Source of the DNA: Octopus sinensis
Lineage: Eukaryota
Direction: 5' to 3'
Assembly: GCF_006345805.1 (NCBI RefSeq)
Contig: NC_043016.1
Span: 13,020,001 to 13,084,000, forward strand
Length of the DNA stretch: 64,000 bases
In this document: piece after piece, positions 12,188-24,731 of the stretch
Numbering within the stretch: position 1 is the first letter of the stretch
How the letters are laid out: each line of letters starts with the position of its first letter
Notes under the pieces: model-generated
What the model saw: the letters and a program-made list of their open reading frames with translations, nothing else
Told to the model about the DNA's origin: nothing
Database searches by the model: none
Program-made: the position numbers and the translations under genes

Positions 12188-12687
12188 TCAGAGTGTGCAA
12201 TCAAAGCAGCTGTATAATGTAAACATTACCAATATCACATAACGTGTGTTGTTTAAACACCAGAAGCTGTGGGTTTTTATGTCTGGGAGAGAATCCTTTT
12301 AAAGACACGTAGTGCTAAAAAACGCAACATACCTCAGAGATAGTCAAAACAAAAGCAAGAATCACAAGAACAGCAGATATGTTATTTTGCTGTATTTGCA
12401 GTTTATCAATGCCAGTCTATAAAAGTCTATGCAACAGACAGTATAAAAACTATTTGTTGATTTGCAAAGGTGCAGCATAAGTTCAATAAACTCAGATTAT
12501 ACAATGGAAACAGCTCTGTAATGTGAATGTTATCAATATCACATATTTAACATGTGTGCATTGTTTAAATGCCAGAAGCTATGGGGTTTTTTTTGTGTCC
12601 TGGAAAAACCCTTAAAGTTGTATAGTGCTAAAAAACGCAATGTATTATGTACACACATAAAACATCTACATACACACACATGTTGAG

Positions 12688-13036
12688 CTGAGCTGAGCTG
12701 AGACCCCATTCAGTCATGACTGATCATAGGATTGCACCTAGGAAGTTACCCTCCCAGGCACAAGTCCAGGCAAGGTTGTTTATGGAAGACCAGCAGTTGC
12801 TCATGCATACCAGCCTCCCCTCTCCAAACCACCAGTGTTATCCAAGGGAAAGGCAATGACCAATACAGCTTGGTAACTGTGATGTCGCAACTCATTTCTA
12901 CAGCTGAGTGAACTGGACCAACAAGAAATAAAGTGTCTTGCTCAAGAACACAATACACAGCCTGATCCGGGATTTGAACTCACAACCTCGCAATCGTAAG
13001 TTCGACGCTCTAGCCACTGAGCCATGCACCTTCACA
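12688..13036 (-). mobile_element. tRNA-derived SINE (separate family)
   Basis: Head GGTGCATGGCTCAGTGGCTAGAGCG...GAGTTCAAATCCCGG, core GTGTTCTTGAGCAAGACACTT, (CTCAG)n tail; a related degenerate copy lies near 56265-56570. Confidence 0.75.
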
Positions 13037-13961
13037 TCACACACGTAAGCATGCATTTATACATAATGTGTATACCGATGCATATGCATAACAGTAGGCA
13101 TTTTTATTCTTCTACAGTTCTGTATGTTACTTCAGGAAAGTGCAAATCAATTAGCTTAGTTTAAAGTATCTTTATCTTGTTGGTGTGCATGTGTGTGCAC
13201 ACATTTGTGTTTGTATGCAAACTTCCATACCCTCCTTCTCCTCCTCTTCAATGTCATTTCATGTCTGTCTTCTTCACTGGCTTGAGTCCAATGGATTGTC
13301 ATGGTCCAATTCATTTCTTGATTGGAGTTGTTGCTCTCCTATATTGATTGAGGACATTATCTCCACATGCGAATTCTATTTTCTCTTTCCTTTGTTTTTG
13401 CATGGTTGTTTCTCTAACTGGATGCTCTCCCTAATGTCAACCACTTTTTCAAAGTGCACTGGGTGCATATGAATCATGACGTGAATGGTCTAACACTATA
13501 GAGCTCCTTTATTCTAGGTTACCTGTATTTATTAAAGGTAACATAAGAGAGAGAGAGAGAAGAGAGTGAAAAGGTAATAGGGCTGGGGTAATAGGAAGGA
13601 GATCAAGAATGATCAAGCAAATATAGACAGTCCTCATAGGTAACATGGTATAGTCCTAGAAGAAGGAGTAGGTGATAAGATAATGGAAAGAGAGTGAGTT
13701 CAATAGACAGAAACTGAACAGGAACTAAAAGGGCAGGTGAGGAACCCAAAATTAAATGGACACTCTTCATTATAATGCTGCTTCAAACATGTCAATGTAT
13801 TGGGCAAAAGGCATCTCTACTAAAAACTAGACTGCGTATTTAAATGTATTAAGCAACATCATTTTGTTTCCAGAAATAAATTTTTCAAAAATGATGGTGT
13901 CTATTTTCTTTTAAGATGTCTGTGTTCATCAACACACTCATTCATACATTTCTGTTGCCAG

Positions 13962-14360
13962 AGGCGCAGGAGTGGCTGTGTGGTAAGTAGCTTGCTAACC
14001 AACCACATGGTTCCAGGTTCAGTCCCACTGCGTGGTATCTTGGGCAAGTGTCTTCTGCTATAGCCCCGGGCTGACCAATGCCTTGTGAGTGGATTCGGTA
14101 GACAGAAACTGAAAGAAGCCTGTTGTATATATGTATATATATGTGTGAGTTTGTGTGTCTGTGTTTGTCCCCCTAGCATTGCTTGACAACTGATGCTGGT
14201 GTGTTTACGTCCCCATCACTTAGCGGTTCGGCAAAAAGAGACCGATAGAATAAGTACTGGGCTTACAAAGAATAAGTCCCGGGGTCGATTTGATCGACTA
14301 AAGGCAGTGCTCCAGCATGGCTGCAGTCAAATGACTGAAACAAGTAAAAGAGTAAGAGTA
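13962..14360 (+). mobile_element. SINE family B (tRNA head AGGCGCAGGAGTGGCTGTGTGG, CTTGGGCAAGTGTCTT core, internal CA/TA repeat)
   Basis: Near-identical copies at 15615-16024, 35481-35858, 37752-38165 and 54948-55318. Confidence 0.9.
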
Positions 14361-14399
14361 TATTCACAAAGATAGGTAGGTTTTTTCCAACACTTGTGT

Positions 14400-16390
14400 G
14401 TCACCATTCATTGTGGGAATTTATCATTTCCATTGCGAGATTCCGTCATCTTGACATGAATCTTTACCACTTTATCCAGTGTCATTCTAGGTCTCTTTCT
14501 CTCTCTTCCATATGACCAAATTTATGTAAATGAAGTCTTCCATACATGTGCTTGTTAGTGCAGTCTTCTCTCTTGCACACTTTGTCTGAAGCTTCTGATA
14601 TCCAAGATTGTTTCTTGGTTCATTTCTGCTCTGCCACTCATGCAATTCTAGATTTTGCTTCCATGTCTGCAATTTCTTCTAAATCTTGTACATGTTCAAT
14701 TATAAAAACTAGGTCATCAGCATAAAGGAGTCCCAAACACTGATGGTCTTAAACTCTCTTGTTATTATTTGGAGGATCGTAACCAATGGAACATGCTTGA
14801 TTAATTTCTTCCTTTCTGTTTTTGCATCACACTCTGTGCACAACCATCATCCAAATTCCACTTTCCTCTGGGAGAGAGAGAAAGAGAGAGAGAGAGATCT
14901 TTTGTTACCAACAGAATTAATAGCTTCTTGTTCTTATTCTGACTACTTTTGAAATGTGCATCTCCATTGATAATTAGGTCAGCTCGTTAATAAACACTAT
15001 TAATTATTTCTTGGGAACGTCCTGATATTTGAAAGTTTCTTTCTCAATTGCACTTTTGCTTCTGTCTGTGCATTTTTTTCATATGTGACACCTATCTTCT
15101 TTGTCCATAGTTTACATTGGTGGGTGCACCATATGGAATTATTATTACCTTTCTTTATATTGAGTGCAGCATTTTCCCTGATAGCAGTAGACTCTTGTTG
15201 CTTTCTTGTTTATTAATAATTTAGTTTTTGTAATTCTAGGTTTTGCTTCCATGTCTACAATTCTAAACCTTCTTCATGTTTAGTTATAAAAGTCAGATTA
15301 TCAACATACAGGAGTCCCAAAGACTGGTGACCTTTAACTCTCCTTCCTGTTCATGAACTGGAGGATTATAATAACATGAGAGGTCCCCTACCTGTATGCT
15401 AAATGTGTTGCCCAACTCCTTGCTAATTCTCACTTTGCCTACATTTCTGTACATAGCTTGCATTGCCTTCACAAGCCATTCATCTACCTCTAGCAACTTA
15501 ATAACCACCAGACTACAAAATTCGGGACTCTTTGAAAGGCCATTTCCAGGCTGATGAAGGAGAGATATTGCAGCTCAGTACTTCTCTTGCATTTGTCTCA
15601 CTTGAAGATGGCATACTCTCTTTACTTTTTTACTTGTTTCAGTCATTTGACTGCGGTCATGCTGGAGCACCACCTTTAGTCAAGCAAATCGACCCCGGGA
15701 CTTATTCTTTGTAAGCCCAGTACTTATTCTATCGGTCTCTTTTGCCGAACCGCTAAGTGACAGGGATGTAAACACACCAGCATCGGTTGTCAAGCAATGC
15801 TAGGGGGACATACACAGACACACAAACATACACACACACACACATATATATATATACATATATACGACAGGCTTCTTTCAGTTTCCGTCTACCAAATCCA
15901 CTCACAAGGCAATGGTCAGCCCGAGGCTATAGCAGAAGACACTTGCCCAAGATGCCACGCAGTGGGACTGAACCCGGAACCATGTGGTTGTTTAGCAAGC
16001 TACTTACCACACAGCCACTCCTGCATCAATAGTATCTCTTCCTCGCACAAACTTTATATCTCATCAAGGTTAATTCTCTTACAATTTAGTTGTCTATTTA
16101 GAGTAGCGCATTTTGCTTATATGTGCAATACTTGATGCTACACTTGGCATTGGGCATGGCAGCACCTGCATGTCCTTACTGATTGGTTGTGCATGATAGT
16201 CTTGATATATTAGATATTTGAAGTATCTCAGCAGCTACAATTGTGGCCCATCCCTGCCTTTGTAACCTTAACCATACTTTTGACTATATTTATCGTAATA
16301 TGTGTCAATGGCAAGTCTGAGGTAGTCCACCTCTCTTTTTTACTCTTTCAGTCTCCCAATCACCTCTCATAATAATATTACCGTCTTTTC
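14400..16390 (-). pseudogene. Fragmented RTE-clade LINE reverse transcriptase
   Basis: Fragments WETERVKKRGG, IVAAEILQIS, KLLEVDEWLVKAMQAMYR...FSIQVG, GLLYADDLVFIIEHVQDLEE / QTWKQNLEL and NSIWCTHQCKLWTK. Interrupted by a SINE at 15615-16024; the YADD region appears twice. Confidence 0.8.
15615..16024 (-). mobile_element. SINE family B
   Basis: Close reverse complement of 13962-14360. Confidence 0.9.
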
Positions 16391-16657
16391 AGTGTCAGTA
16401 AGGGAAAGAAATATGTTGCTCTTGTTCTGTTCACACAATTTCCATCTGTCAAATCCACTCACAAGGCTTTGGTCTGCTCGAGGCTATAGTAGAAAGCTCT
16501 TGCCCAAGGTGCCATGCAGTGGAACTGAACCCTGAATCACATGGTTGGTAAGCAAGCTACTTACCACACAGCCACTCCTGCACCAATTTATTTATGTTTT
16601 GGTAGAGTGGGTGGGGTAAGGTATTGAAACCTACCCTTGCCAATCCTTACTCTAGAT

Positions 16658-17102
16658 CAGTGCTTCCCAAACTTTTTTCTCTGGTCCGCATTTTCGGAAT
16701 TAATATTTTGCTCCTGCCTCACCAAAGGTCCAGAGAGAGGGTTAAAGGGAAATAATCGCAGATTCGAAATTGGAACTTTATCAATGATAACTATCTCCTT
16801 CCATTTGCAGACCATAGTTACTATATTCTAAGTACTTGATATATCATGCAAAAATATCACAATGAAAAAAAAAAAAAATCAATCAATAATTATTTATAAT
16901 TATTTATACTGGCATTCATGCATACAATTACAAGTAATCCATAATATTTTTTTAAAATTTTGAAATCATATCTATTTTTGTTATATGATTTTTTTTTTTA
17001 AAACTGTTTCCAGCTATTTGATTATCCTTTAATCATTCTTCCTCACCTGCTATCCTCTTCCGCTGCACCTGTGAGGCATGCCACACCATTTGGAAACCAC
17101 TG
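16658..17102. mobile_element. hAT/Charlie-type MITE
   Basis: TIRs CAGTGCTTCCCAAA / TTTGGAAACCACTG; 8-bp TSD CTCTAGAT / CTCTAGAA fits the NTCTAGAN Charlie target preference. Confidence 0.8.
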
Positions 17103-17628
17103 CTCTAGAATGGAGAAAGCTTGACCTTAAATACTATGGAGTGGCATCAAGTTTGGGAATTGGTTGAGCATTCAGTCCCAAAGTTAGGCGCTAGACTCTC
17201 CAAGATCTCCCTCTCTCTCTCTCATGTATTACTGCATATCTTTGACGTCTTTTCTCCTCTGGGTAGTCTTAGTTCTTCTATCCTCTCCCAGTAATTGAGG
17301 TAATCCGCTAGGTGTAAGAGTGATGGATTGCCTTGGGGGTCTGCAGTTTGTTTGATGCCATGTAGTAATCACAGTTGGGAGCGATAGTCCAAGTGACTGA
17401 CAACAAATCTATTCCACATTATCAGTTTGGTTCCCTTTTTATTTCTTGTTCAGAAAAGAATCAAAATCTAGCCAAGCAGCCAGCCAGCCATATTGTTGCC
17501 ATTGTATTAATATTGATACTAAACGATGCAATATTACTGACATGGATTTCCGGATTATTTAATAATTGTGTCTCCAAGATTGTAATGCTCCTTTGCTCTG
17601 TATATTCTGCCTGTCATTTGTTTGTACA

Positions 17629-17660
<32 letters not shown>

Positions 17661-19601
17661 TGTTGTGTGTGTGTGTTGTGTTTGTGTGTGCAATAAGAAA
17701 AACACTAGTATGAGGTGTGTCATTTGTTTGTAGACTGTGTTTGTGTATGATGAGAAAAGCACCCAGTATGAGGTGTGGCTGTGTTGTAAGAAGCTTCCTC
17801 CTCAACCACATGGTTCCAGGTTCAGTCTCACTCTATGGCACTTTGGGCAAGTGTCTTCTACTTATAACCTCGGGCTGATCAAAACCTTGTGAGTGGATTT
17901 GGTAGACGGAAACTGAAAGAAGCCCATTGTGTGTATGTATATATATATATGTGTGTGTGTGTGTTTGTGTTTGTGTGTCTTTGAGTGTTTGTCCCCTACC
18001 ACTGCTTGATCACCAAAGCGACTGACGGAATAAGTATCAGTCTTAAGAAAATAAATATTGGGGTCAATTCATTCGACTAAAGATTCTTCAGAGTGGTGCC
18101 CCAGCATGGCCGCAGTCTAATGGCTAGAGCAAATAAAAGATAAGAACACACTGTAAAGTGGTTGGCATTAGGAAAAGCATCCAGCTATAGAAAACATGTC
18201 AGAGCAAACACTGGTGCACAAGTGCCATCCTTGGAACCATCAAATCTTTTGTCAAACCATCCGGCTCATGTCAGCATGAAAAGCAGATGTAAAACGACGA
18301 CGATGATGATGATGATGATGATCACACACACACACACTGAGATTAGATGATATAAAAAAAAAGATAGGATAACTTCTCAAGTAGTCATTTCCTCAGATGC
18401 CATACTTTTCATAATTTTGAGGTACTTGAGTATTTATCCTAAATTTTTTACATTATGCTGTGTGTGTACGTGCATGCGTGCATGTGTGTGTGTGTGTTTG
18501 TGTAATAGTATTTGTACAGAAATAGTACATTGCTCTTTATTCACCAGAACTGTGGTGAAAGGCAGGATTATTATGTTTCTGTTTCGGACCAAGTGTATCT
18601 AGGACTACATTACTCAATGCATTCCTCCGTTTTAAGATAATAGTGTGATTTAAGGAAGATTTGTATGTTATTTCTAGCAGATTGAATGACCAAGTAAATT
18701 AAGGGTGCAAAACAAACATCCCTTCTCAAGGAAAAATTCTGTTTATATCCAATTGAAATTTGTTTGTATTCAAATTGAAATTGCCTGATGATTAAATTTC
18801 TAAAAATAAAAAAAAAACAAGAAATCCATGATAAAGAAAAATATTTTTTTTTAAAAATGTATTCAGACCTTAACAGTAATTTAATATGTTGCATATTTAT
18901 GAATTTATAAAACGAAAAAGTTATTATTTTTTTTCTCAGCCACACATGTGTCCCTTATAGTTTGTTATGTACTTGAAATTTCCTGCTCAATGCTACGAAG
19001 AAAGACAAAAAAAAAAAGGAAGGAAAAAACAACAAAAAAAATGTTAAAAGTCCCCCCCCCCTCATAATGTAGAAGTTCCCGTCTTTGGCTCATGTAACTA
19101 CTTATTTTATCATCACATGGCAGGACATACTAATTGAATCATTTATGTCACTGGTTTCCACTAGCCTTAATTTGTTTTACTTCATTCCTGGCTACACAGG
19201 AATGTCCACGAATTAACCAGTTTAAACTTTTGATTGTTTACCCACCAGTTCATTAAAGTTCTTCACTATAATAATATTGTTCTTGCCAACAATTCTTACC
19301 AAGTAGTTCTAAGCGGCGTTATATAGCGAAGTTATTTTTCTTTTCTTGCCTTTTTACTTCAGATCGTTCTACAACCTACCCAGGCATTCTTCTTTTATCT
19401 CGTTACTTTGTTTCAGTCATTAGACTGTGGCCATGCTGGAGCACTGTGTTAAGGAATCTTCAACGAATGGGTCGAAACACTGCCTCCCCGACCACCCCAG
19501 TACTTTCATATTTTGAAATTTTTTTTTTTAAAGCCTACTACTTACTTTATCTGTCTCTTTTTGCTGAACCACTAATTTTTAGGGACATAAACACGCCAAC
19601 A

Positions 19602-19817
19602 AAGGTGGCGAGCTGGCAGAAATGTTAGCATGCTGGGCAAAATGCTTAGCGGTATTTTGTCTGTCTTTATGTTCTGAGTTCAAATTCCACCGAGGCCAAC
19701 TTTACCTTTCATCCTTTCGGGGGGTCAATAAATTAAGTACCTGTTATGTATTGGGGTCGATCTAATCAACTGGCCCCCTCCAAAAAAATTACGGACCTTG
19801 TGCCTAGAGTTGAAAAG
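19602..19817 (+). mobile_element. SINE family A sibling (same head and core, GGCCTTGTGCC-type tail)
   Basis: Related copies near 4615-4830, 21468-21650, 27592-27940, 43075-43258, 46985-47185 and 58478-58620. Confidence 0.75.
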
Positions 19818-20170
19818 AATAAACACGCCAACACTGGTTGTCAAGCAGGGGTGAAGAGGCACACATACACACACACACACATACACAATACACACACATA
19901 CACACGTATGTATTATATTTCAAGTATCTATTCACACATGACGGAAGCCCAAATGCAAACCTAGAAGTATGTATAATACCACTACTAATAACACAGGGTG
20001 AAATCTGAAGGTGGACGAGCTTTATACTGTATTCTACTATGCTCTTAACAGAATATAACATAACTATATATACCCTCCTCCTCCTCCTTCTTCCCTTCCT
20101 TCCTGAGCGTCCAATAATACTATATTTGTTCCAAGTCTTCGCGTTGTTGTGTTTTCATGTTTGGATTAAC

Positions 20171-20211
<41 letters not shown>

Positions 20212-21085
20212 CAAGCATCTTTCAGTTTCTGCCTACCAAACCCACTCACAAGGCTTTGGTGAGCTCAGGGCTATAGTAGAAGACACTTGCTGATGGTGCC
20301 ATGCAGAGGTATTGAACCTGAAACCACGTGATTGGGAAGCAAAACTTCTCACTACACAGTCACTTTTTTCCTTTTCTTTTTAAAGAATTTTTCAGCCTAT
20401 TTCTTTTGCAACTGCTATGTTTTATCTTCATCTAAAATACACACAGGGACAAATTCAAAGCATTATTTATCCTTTCAACGATTCTCAGCTTGAGAGCCGT
20501 GGCCATGCTGGGGCACCACTGTATATTTTCCGTCAACCAGTAGCATTCTAATAATGTAGAATGTTGTGCTTTTGTATGTAACATGTAAAACGGGTTTAAT
20601 TAAGTTGGTAATATGATATGAATTACCATATGCCAGTGTCACATGAAAAGCAGCCATGTAAGAAGCATCCATGCTGGTGTCATGTAAAAAGCCCTCAAAC
20701 TGGCGCCAAATAAAAAGCACCTGTGCTGCTGGCACACCACCTGTGCCAGTGTCACGTAAAGAAGAACTTGTGTTGGTACCACATAAAGAAGAACCGGTGC
20801 TGGTGTCATGTAAAAGAGCACCCATACCAGTGTCACACAAAAAGCACCTGTGCTGGTCTCATTTAATATACACCCATGCATTAAAAAGGGCATCCAGCTG
20901 TAGAAACCATGCCAAAACATAACTGGTGCCTGGTGCCAGCTCCTATCAGACTGTCTAACCCATGACAGCGTGGAAAGACAGATGTTAAATGGTGATGATG
21001 AATTTAGTTAAAATATCTTTGTTGTTATTAAGATGCTAGTTGGAACTTTTTAAACATGAAATTTCAATGGAAGGTTTTAATTTAT

Positions 21086-21318
21086 TACGGAGATGTACTT
21101 GCATAGCAAGTGATTTGATCTGAGATCGTGTGCTGAAACGAAAACAATTGCAGCGTGGAAGGTGTTTGTAAGCCATTTAAGAAACACACAAAAGCCGTTC
21201 GATTCACTTCAACATTTAAAATATTTTGACAAATTAAACTTAAATGTTGAAGTGAATCGAACGGCTTTTGTGTGTTTCTTAAATGGCTTACAAACACCTT
21301 CCACGCTGCAATTGTTTT
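21086..21318. mobile_element. Fold-back of a short repeat element with 79-bp perfect inverted arms
   Basis: 21141-21219 is the exact reverse complement of 21240-21318; 20-nt spacer. Confidence 0.85.
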
Positions 21319-22370
21319 AATTTAGTTTTATTTTAAAACAGAAATTTTGCATCATAGGACCAAGGGGCAGTCATGGGCAAGTTGATATGAAAAGTGTGAA
21401 TAATTTTAATGGCTGTCAAACTTTTATCCTTCTTTCTTGAGATATTTCTATGTTGTATATTAGTTTCAAATTTTGGCACAAGGCCAGCAATTTCAACATG
21501 GTAAACTGATCACATCAATCTAAGACTTTTTTTATTGACCCTGCAAAGATGAAAGACAAAGTTGACTTTGGCACGATTTGAACTCAGAATATAAAGTCAC
21601 CAGAAATTCCACTTAGCATTTTACTCTAACCATCCTGCAAGCTTGCTGCCATCTTTCTTTCTTTCTTTCTGTCTTTCTTTTTTTTTATTTACATTAAACT
21701 GAATTTATTCCGTTTCCTATTTATTTTTTTGTTTTAAATTCTTTTACACACCTGAACATTTCAGTTTCATTAGTGGTGGATTGGCAAAGTTGTTTTGGGA
21801 TTGAACAGAATTCTTTCTTGATATTTGTTCTGCTCCCTGCATTCCAAGTTCAAATCCTATTGAAGCCAACTTTACGTTTCATCTTTTCAGGGTCAATAAA
21901 ATCTAGCACTGATCCATGGTAGTGGATTGATTGAACTCTAAGAACATTGAACCAGATGTCTTGTGATAATTTGTTCAAATATCACAAAGGCATCTAGTTG
22001 AGCTGTGAGTTCAAATTCTGCCTTTGCCTACCTGGGTGCCAGGCTTAATCCATCACCCAATTCAACACCAATGATTGGTGACTTATGTGCTTTAGTGTGG
22101 TATATTCTGTTGCAAGCATTTGTACAAGGTTTACAGAGTGAGGATACTTTTTGCCCTGTCTGCTTGCCTGCCCCCCTCCCTGTTTGGGAAGCCTTGTAAC
22201 AGGTCATGGACACTGCCATTAATTTTGACTAAAACACCAAAATAAAAAATATTAAAAAATATAAAAAAAAAATTCAGTGAATCATTGTTGAAAATCTGCT
22301 TCACTCTGTCATTATTCCTTTGATATATTCTGCAGAAAAATCTGTGATATGTCTCAGGTTAAAAAAAAAA

Positions 22371-22410
<40 letters not shown>

Positions 22411-22719
22411 GAAGTATGTTATTACTTCTGTGGCAAAGTATTTCTGTTAAACATTTTTTTTTTTTTTGCTGTCATACCAAATTCTTCCATTATGCATCTC
22501 ACTCGGTACCTGCATTTTTTTATTTTATTTTATTCCGTAAAAAAAAAACAAACCCAAAAGTAATAAATACAACTTTGGTTTTTCTGCATTAGTATTGCTC
22601 AAACAGTTTTGAAAATGTAGACATTATTGAACTGTTGGAACTAAGTCTGTTGATTGTGTGTTACATGTAGCTTGTAATAGTGAAACACAGCTAGCTTGAT
22701 TAACTTGAAGAAGCGTACA

Positions 22720-22900
22720 CAACAATTATGATGTTGTACCTGGCTTAGAGGCACCTTGTAATTGCCATGAAGGTGCTTCAAACACCCAATCATTGAATCA
22801 TAAGCCTTGTACTTTTGGCCTACTCAGCCATCAATACCTCTTCGTTTAACATTTATTGGTAAATATTTTCCTTGGCAGTGAATCCAATGACTCGGCTTGC
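22720..22900 (-). pseudogene. Possible LINE apurinic-endonuclease remnant
   Basis: Degenerate VIGFTAKENI and YNIIIVVYAS, similar to APE motifs GVGF and NITIVQVYAP. Confidence 0.35.
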
Positions 22901-23807
22901 TTTGTCATCACTTTGTTTCTCCTGCTTCTAACAGTCTCTGGCTTCATCCCGCTTCCAAATCTTTTGACATATTTAAGAATCTATTTCTTGGCATTCCTTT
23001 GTAATTATTCTTGCTTTCTCTCTTTCTAAGTGCAACCTGCCCAGTCTTTCTTCTGCAACGTTTCTTGCACTAGAATTCCCTGCCTCAGTTCATTCTTATT
23101 TTGCATGCATCGAAGTAAAATGTAAATTTCCCCATAACTCACCCACTCTTCTGCAAGAAAACTTCATATGATCCCCCCTGATAATAATAATAATAATAAT
23201 AATAATATAGAATCCTTCCATGATCATCCAGCTGGAAAAAACTCTTCTCCAGTAGAATGGTTTATAGAGAAGTTTGTGTGTGTGTGTGTAAATGTTTGCA
23301 TGTTTGTGCAGATGTGTATTAGAGTATGTGTAAATGTGTATATGTGTGTGAATGTGTTTGCATGTGTGGAGATGTTTTTGTCTGTGTGTTTGTGTAGTTT
23401 GCGTTTTCATCTGCATGCTCGTAAATATGAGCGTACACTCATGAGGTCTATGAATGTGTCTGCGTGCACACACACACACGTTCATCTGATGTTATTGGTT
23501 TTGATATACGACTCATGTCAGTATAAGCAGACATACATTAATTGTTTATGGGTATTCATTCTCTTATTAAAGAAGGTAAAAAAAAAAAAGGGGGTTTTTT
23601 TTGTATTTCATTAGGTTTAGCAACAGTTTAAAAAGAAAAATAAGAATCTCTCGTTAGACACACTACTACTTTCTATTAGCATTCCTTTTAGAATCAAACA
23701 AGGAGAGAAACCAACTTGTCCAAGAATTCAGTATCTGTGGTAGAAGTATTGTTTCCAACCATGTAACTGTTGTAGAATGTCCTAGGTATGACTTTAAATT
23801 GCATCTG

Positions 23808-23983
23808 GTTGTGGGGCTCTGGTGTGGGAGTTGTAGGTCTCTGGCGTGGGAGTTGTGGTGCTCTGGTGTGGGAGTTGTGGTGCTCTGGTGTGGGAATTGT
23901 GGTGCTCTGGTGTGGGAGTTGTGGTGCTCTGGTGTGGGAGTTGTGGGGCTCTAGTGTGGGAGTTGTGGGGCTCTGGTGTGGGA
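23808..23983. repeat. Minisatellite, 22-bp unit GTTGTGGTGCTCTGGTGTGGGA, 8 copies
   Basis: Counted directly. Confidence 0.95.
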
Positions 23984-24312
23984 GTTCCCATGTTTTGAGG
24001 AGTGTGGTATCACCCCTTGATCCCTATTGTTCTCAAGACTACTCTGATCCAGAGTAGTAACACCTGTCAGGGTCCCAATTGTGGGTTAATTAGGATATTG
24101 GGGCTTCCTAGCTATGCATGTGAAGACTTGATCAAGCATACTCTGCAGAAGAAGCCTCCATAGTTCAACTGAGGGGACGAGAGCTGCAGCAGTGCATGAG
24201 GAAGTGCAGGGAGCAAACTGAGGCAAGTAATACATCTTGGGCCATCCACTGCATCTGTCCCCATCTCTGGTCATCTTGAACCGGTCTTTCCACCAGAATG
24301 AAGATAGTCATT

Positions 24313-24731
24313 AAGGTGGCGAGCTGGCAGAATCGTTAGCACGCCGGGCGAAATGCTTAGCAGTATTTCATATGCCACTACGTTCTGAGTTCAAATTCTG
24401 GCGAGGTCGACTTTGCCTTTCATCCTTTTGGGGTCGATTAAAATAAGTACCAATTACGCACTGGGGTCGACATAATCAACTTAATCCATGTGTCTGTCCT
24501 TGTTTGTCCTCTCTGTGTTTAGCACCTTGTGGGTAGTAAAGAAATATGTATTTCGTCTGCAGCTACATTCTGAGTTCAAATTCCGCCGAGGTTGACTTTG
24601 CCTTTCATCCTTTTGGGGTCGATAAATTAAGTACCAGTTACGCACTGGGGTCGATATAATCGACTTAATCCGTTTGTCTGTCCCTGTTTGTCTCCTCTGT
24701 GTGTAGCCCCTTGTGAGCAGTAAAGAAATAA
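24313..24731 (+). mobile_element. SINE family A, monomer plus 5-prime-truncated second unit
   Basis: Second unit starts at TATTTCGTCTG (about 24550), the same junction as 10979-11402. Confidence 0.9.
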
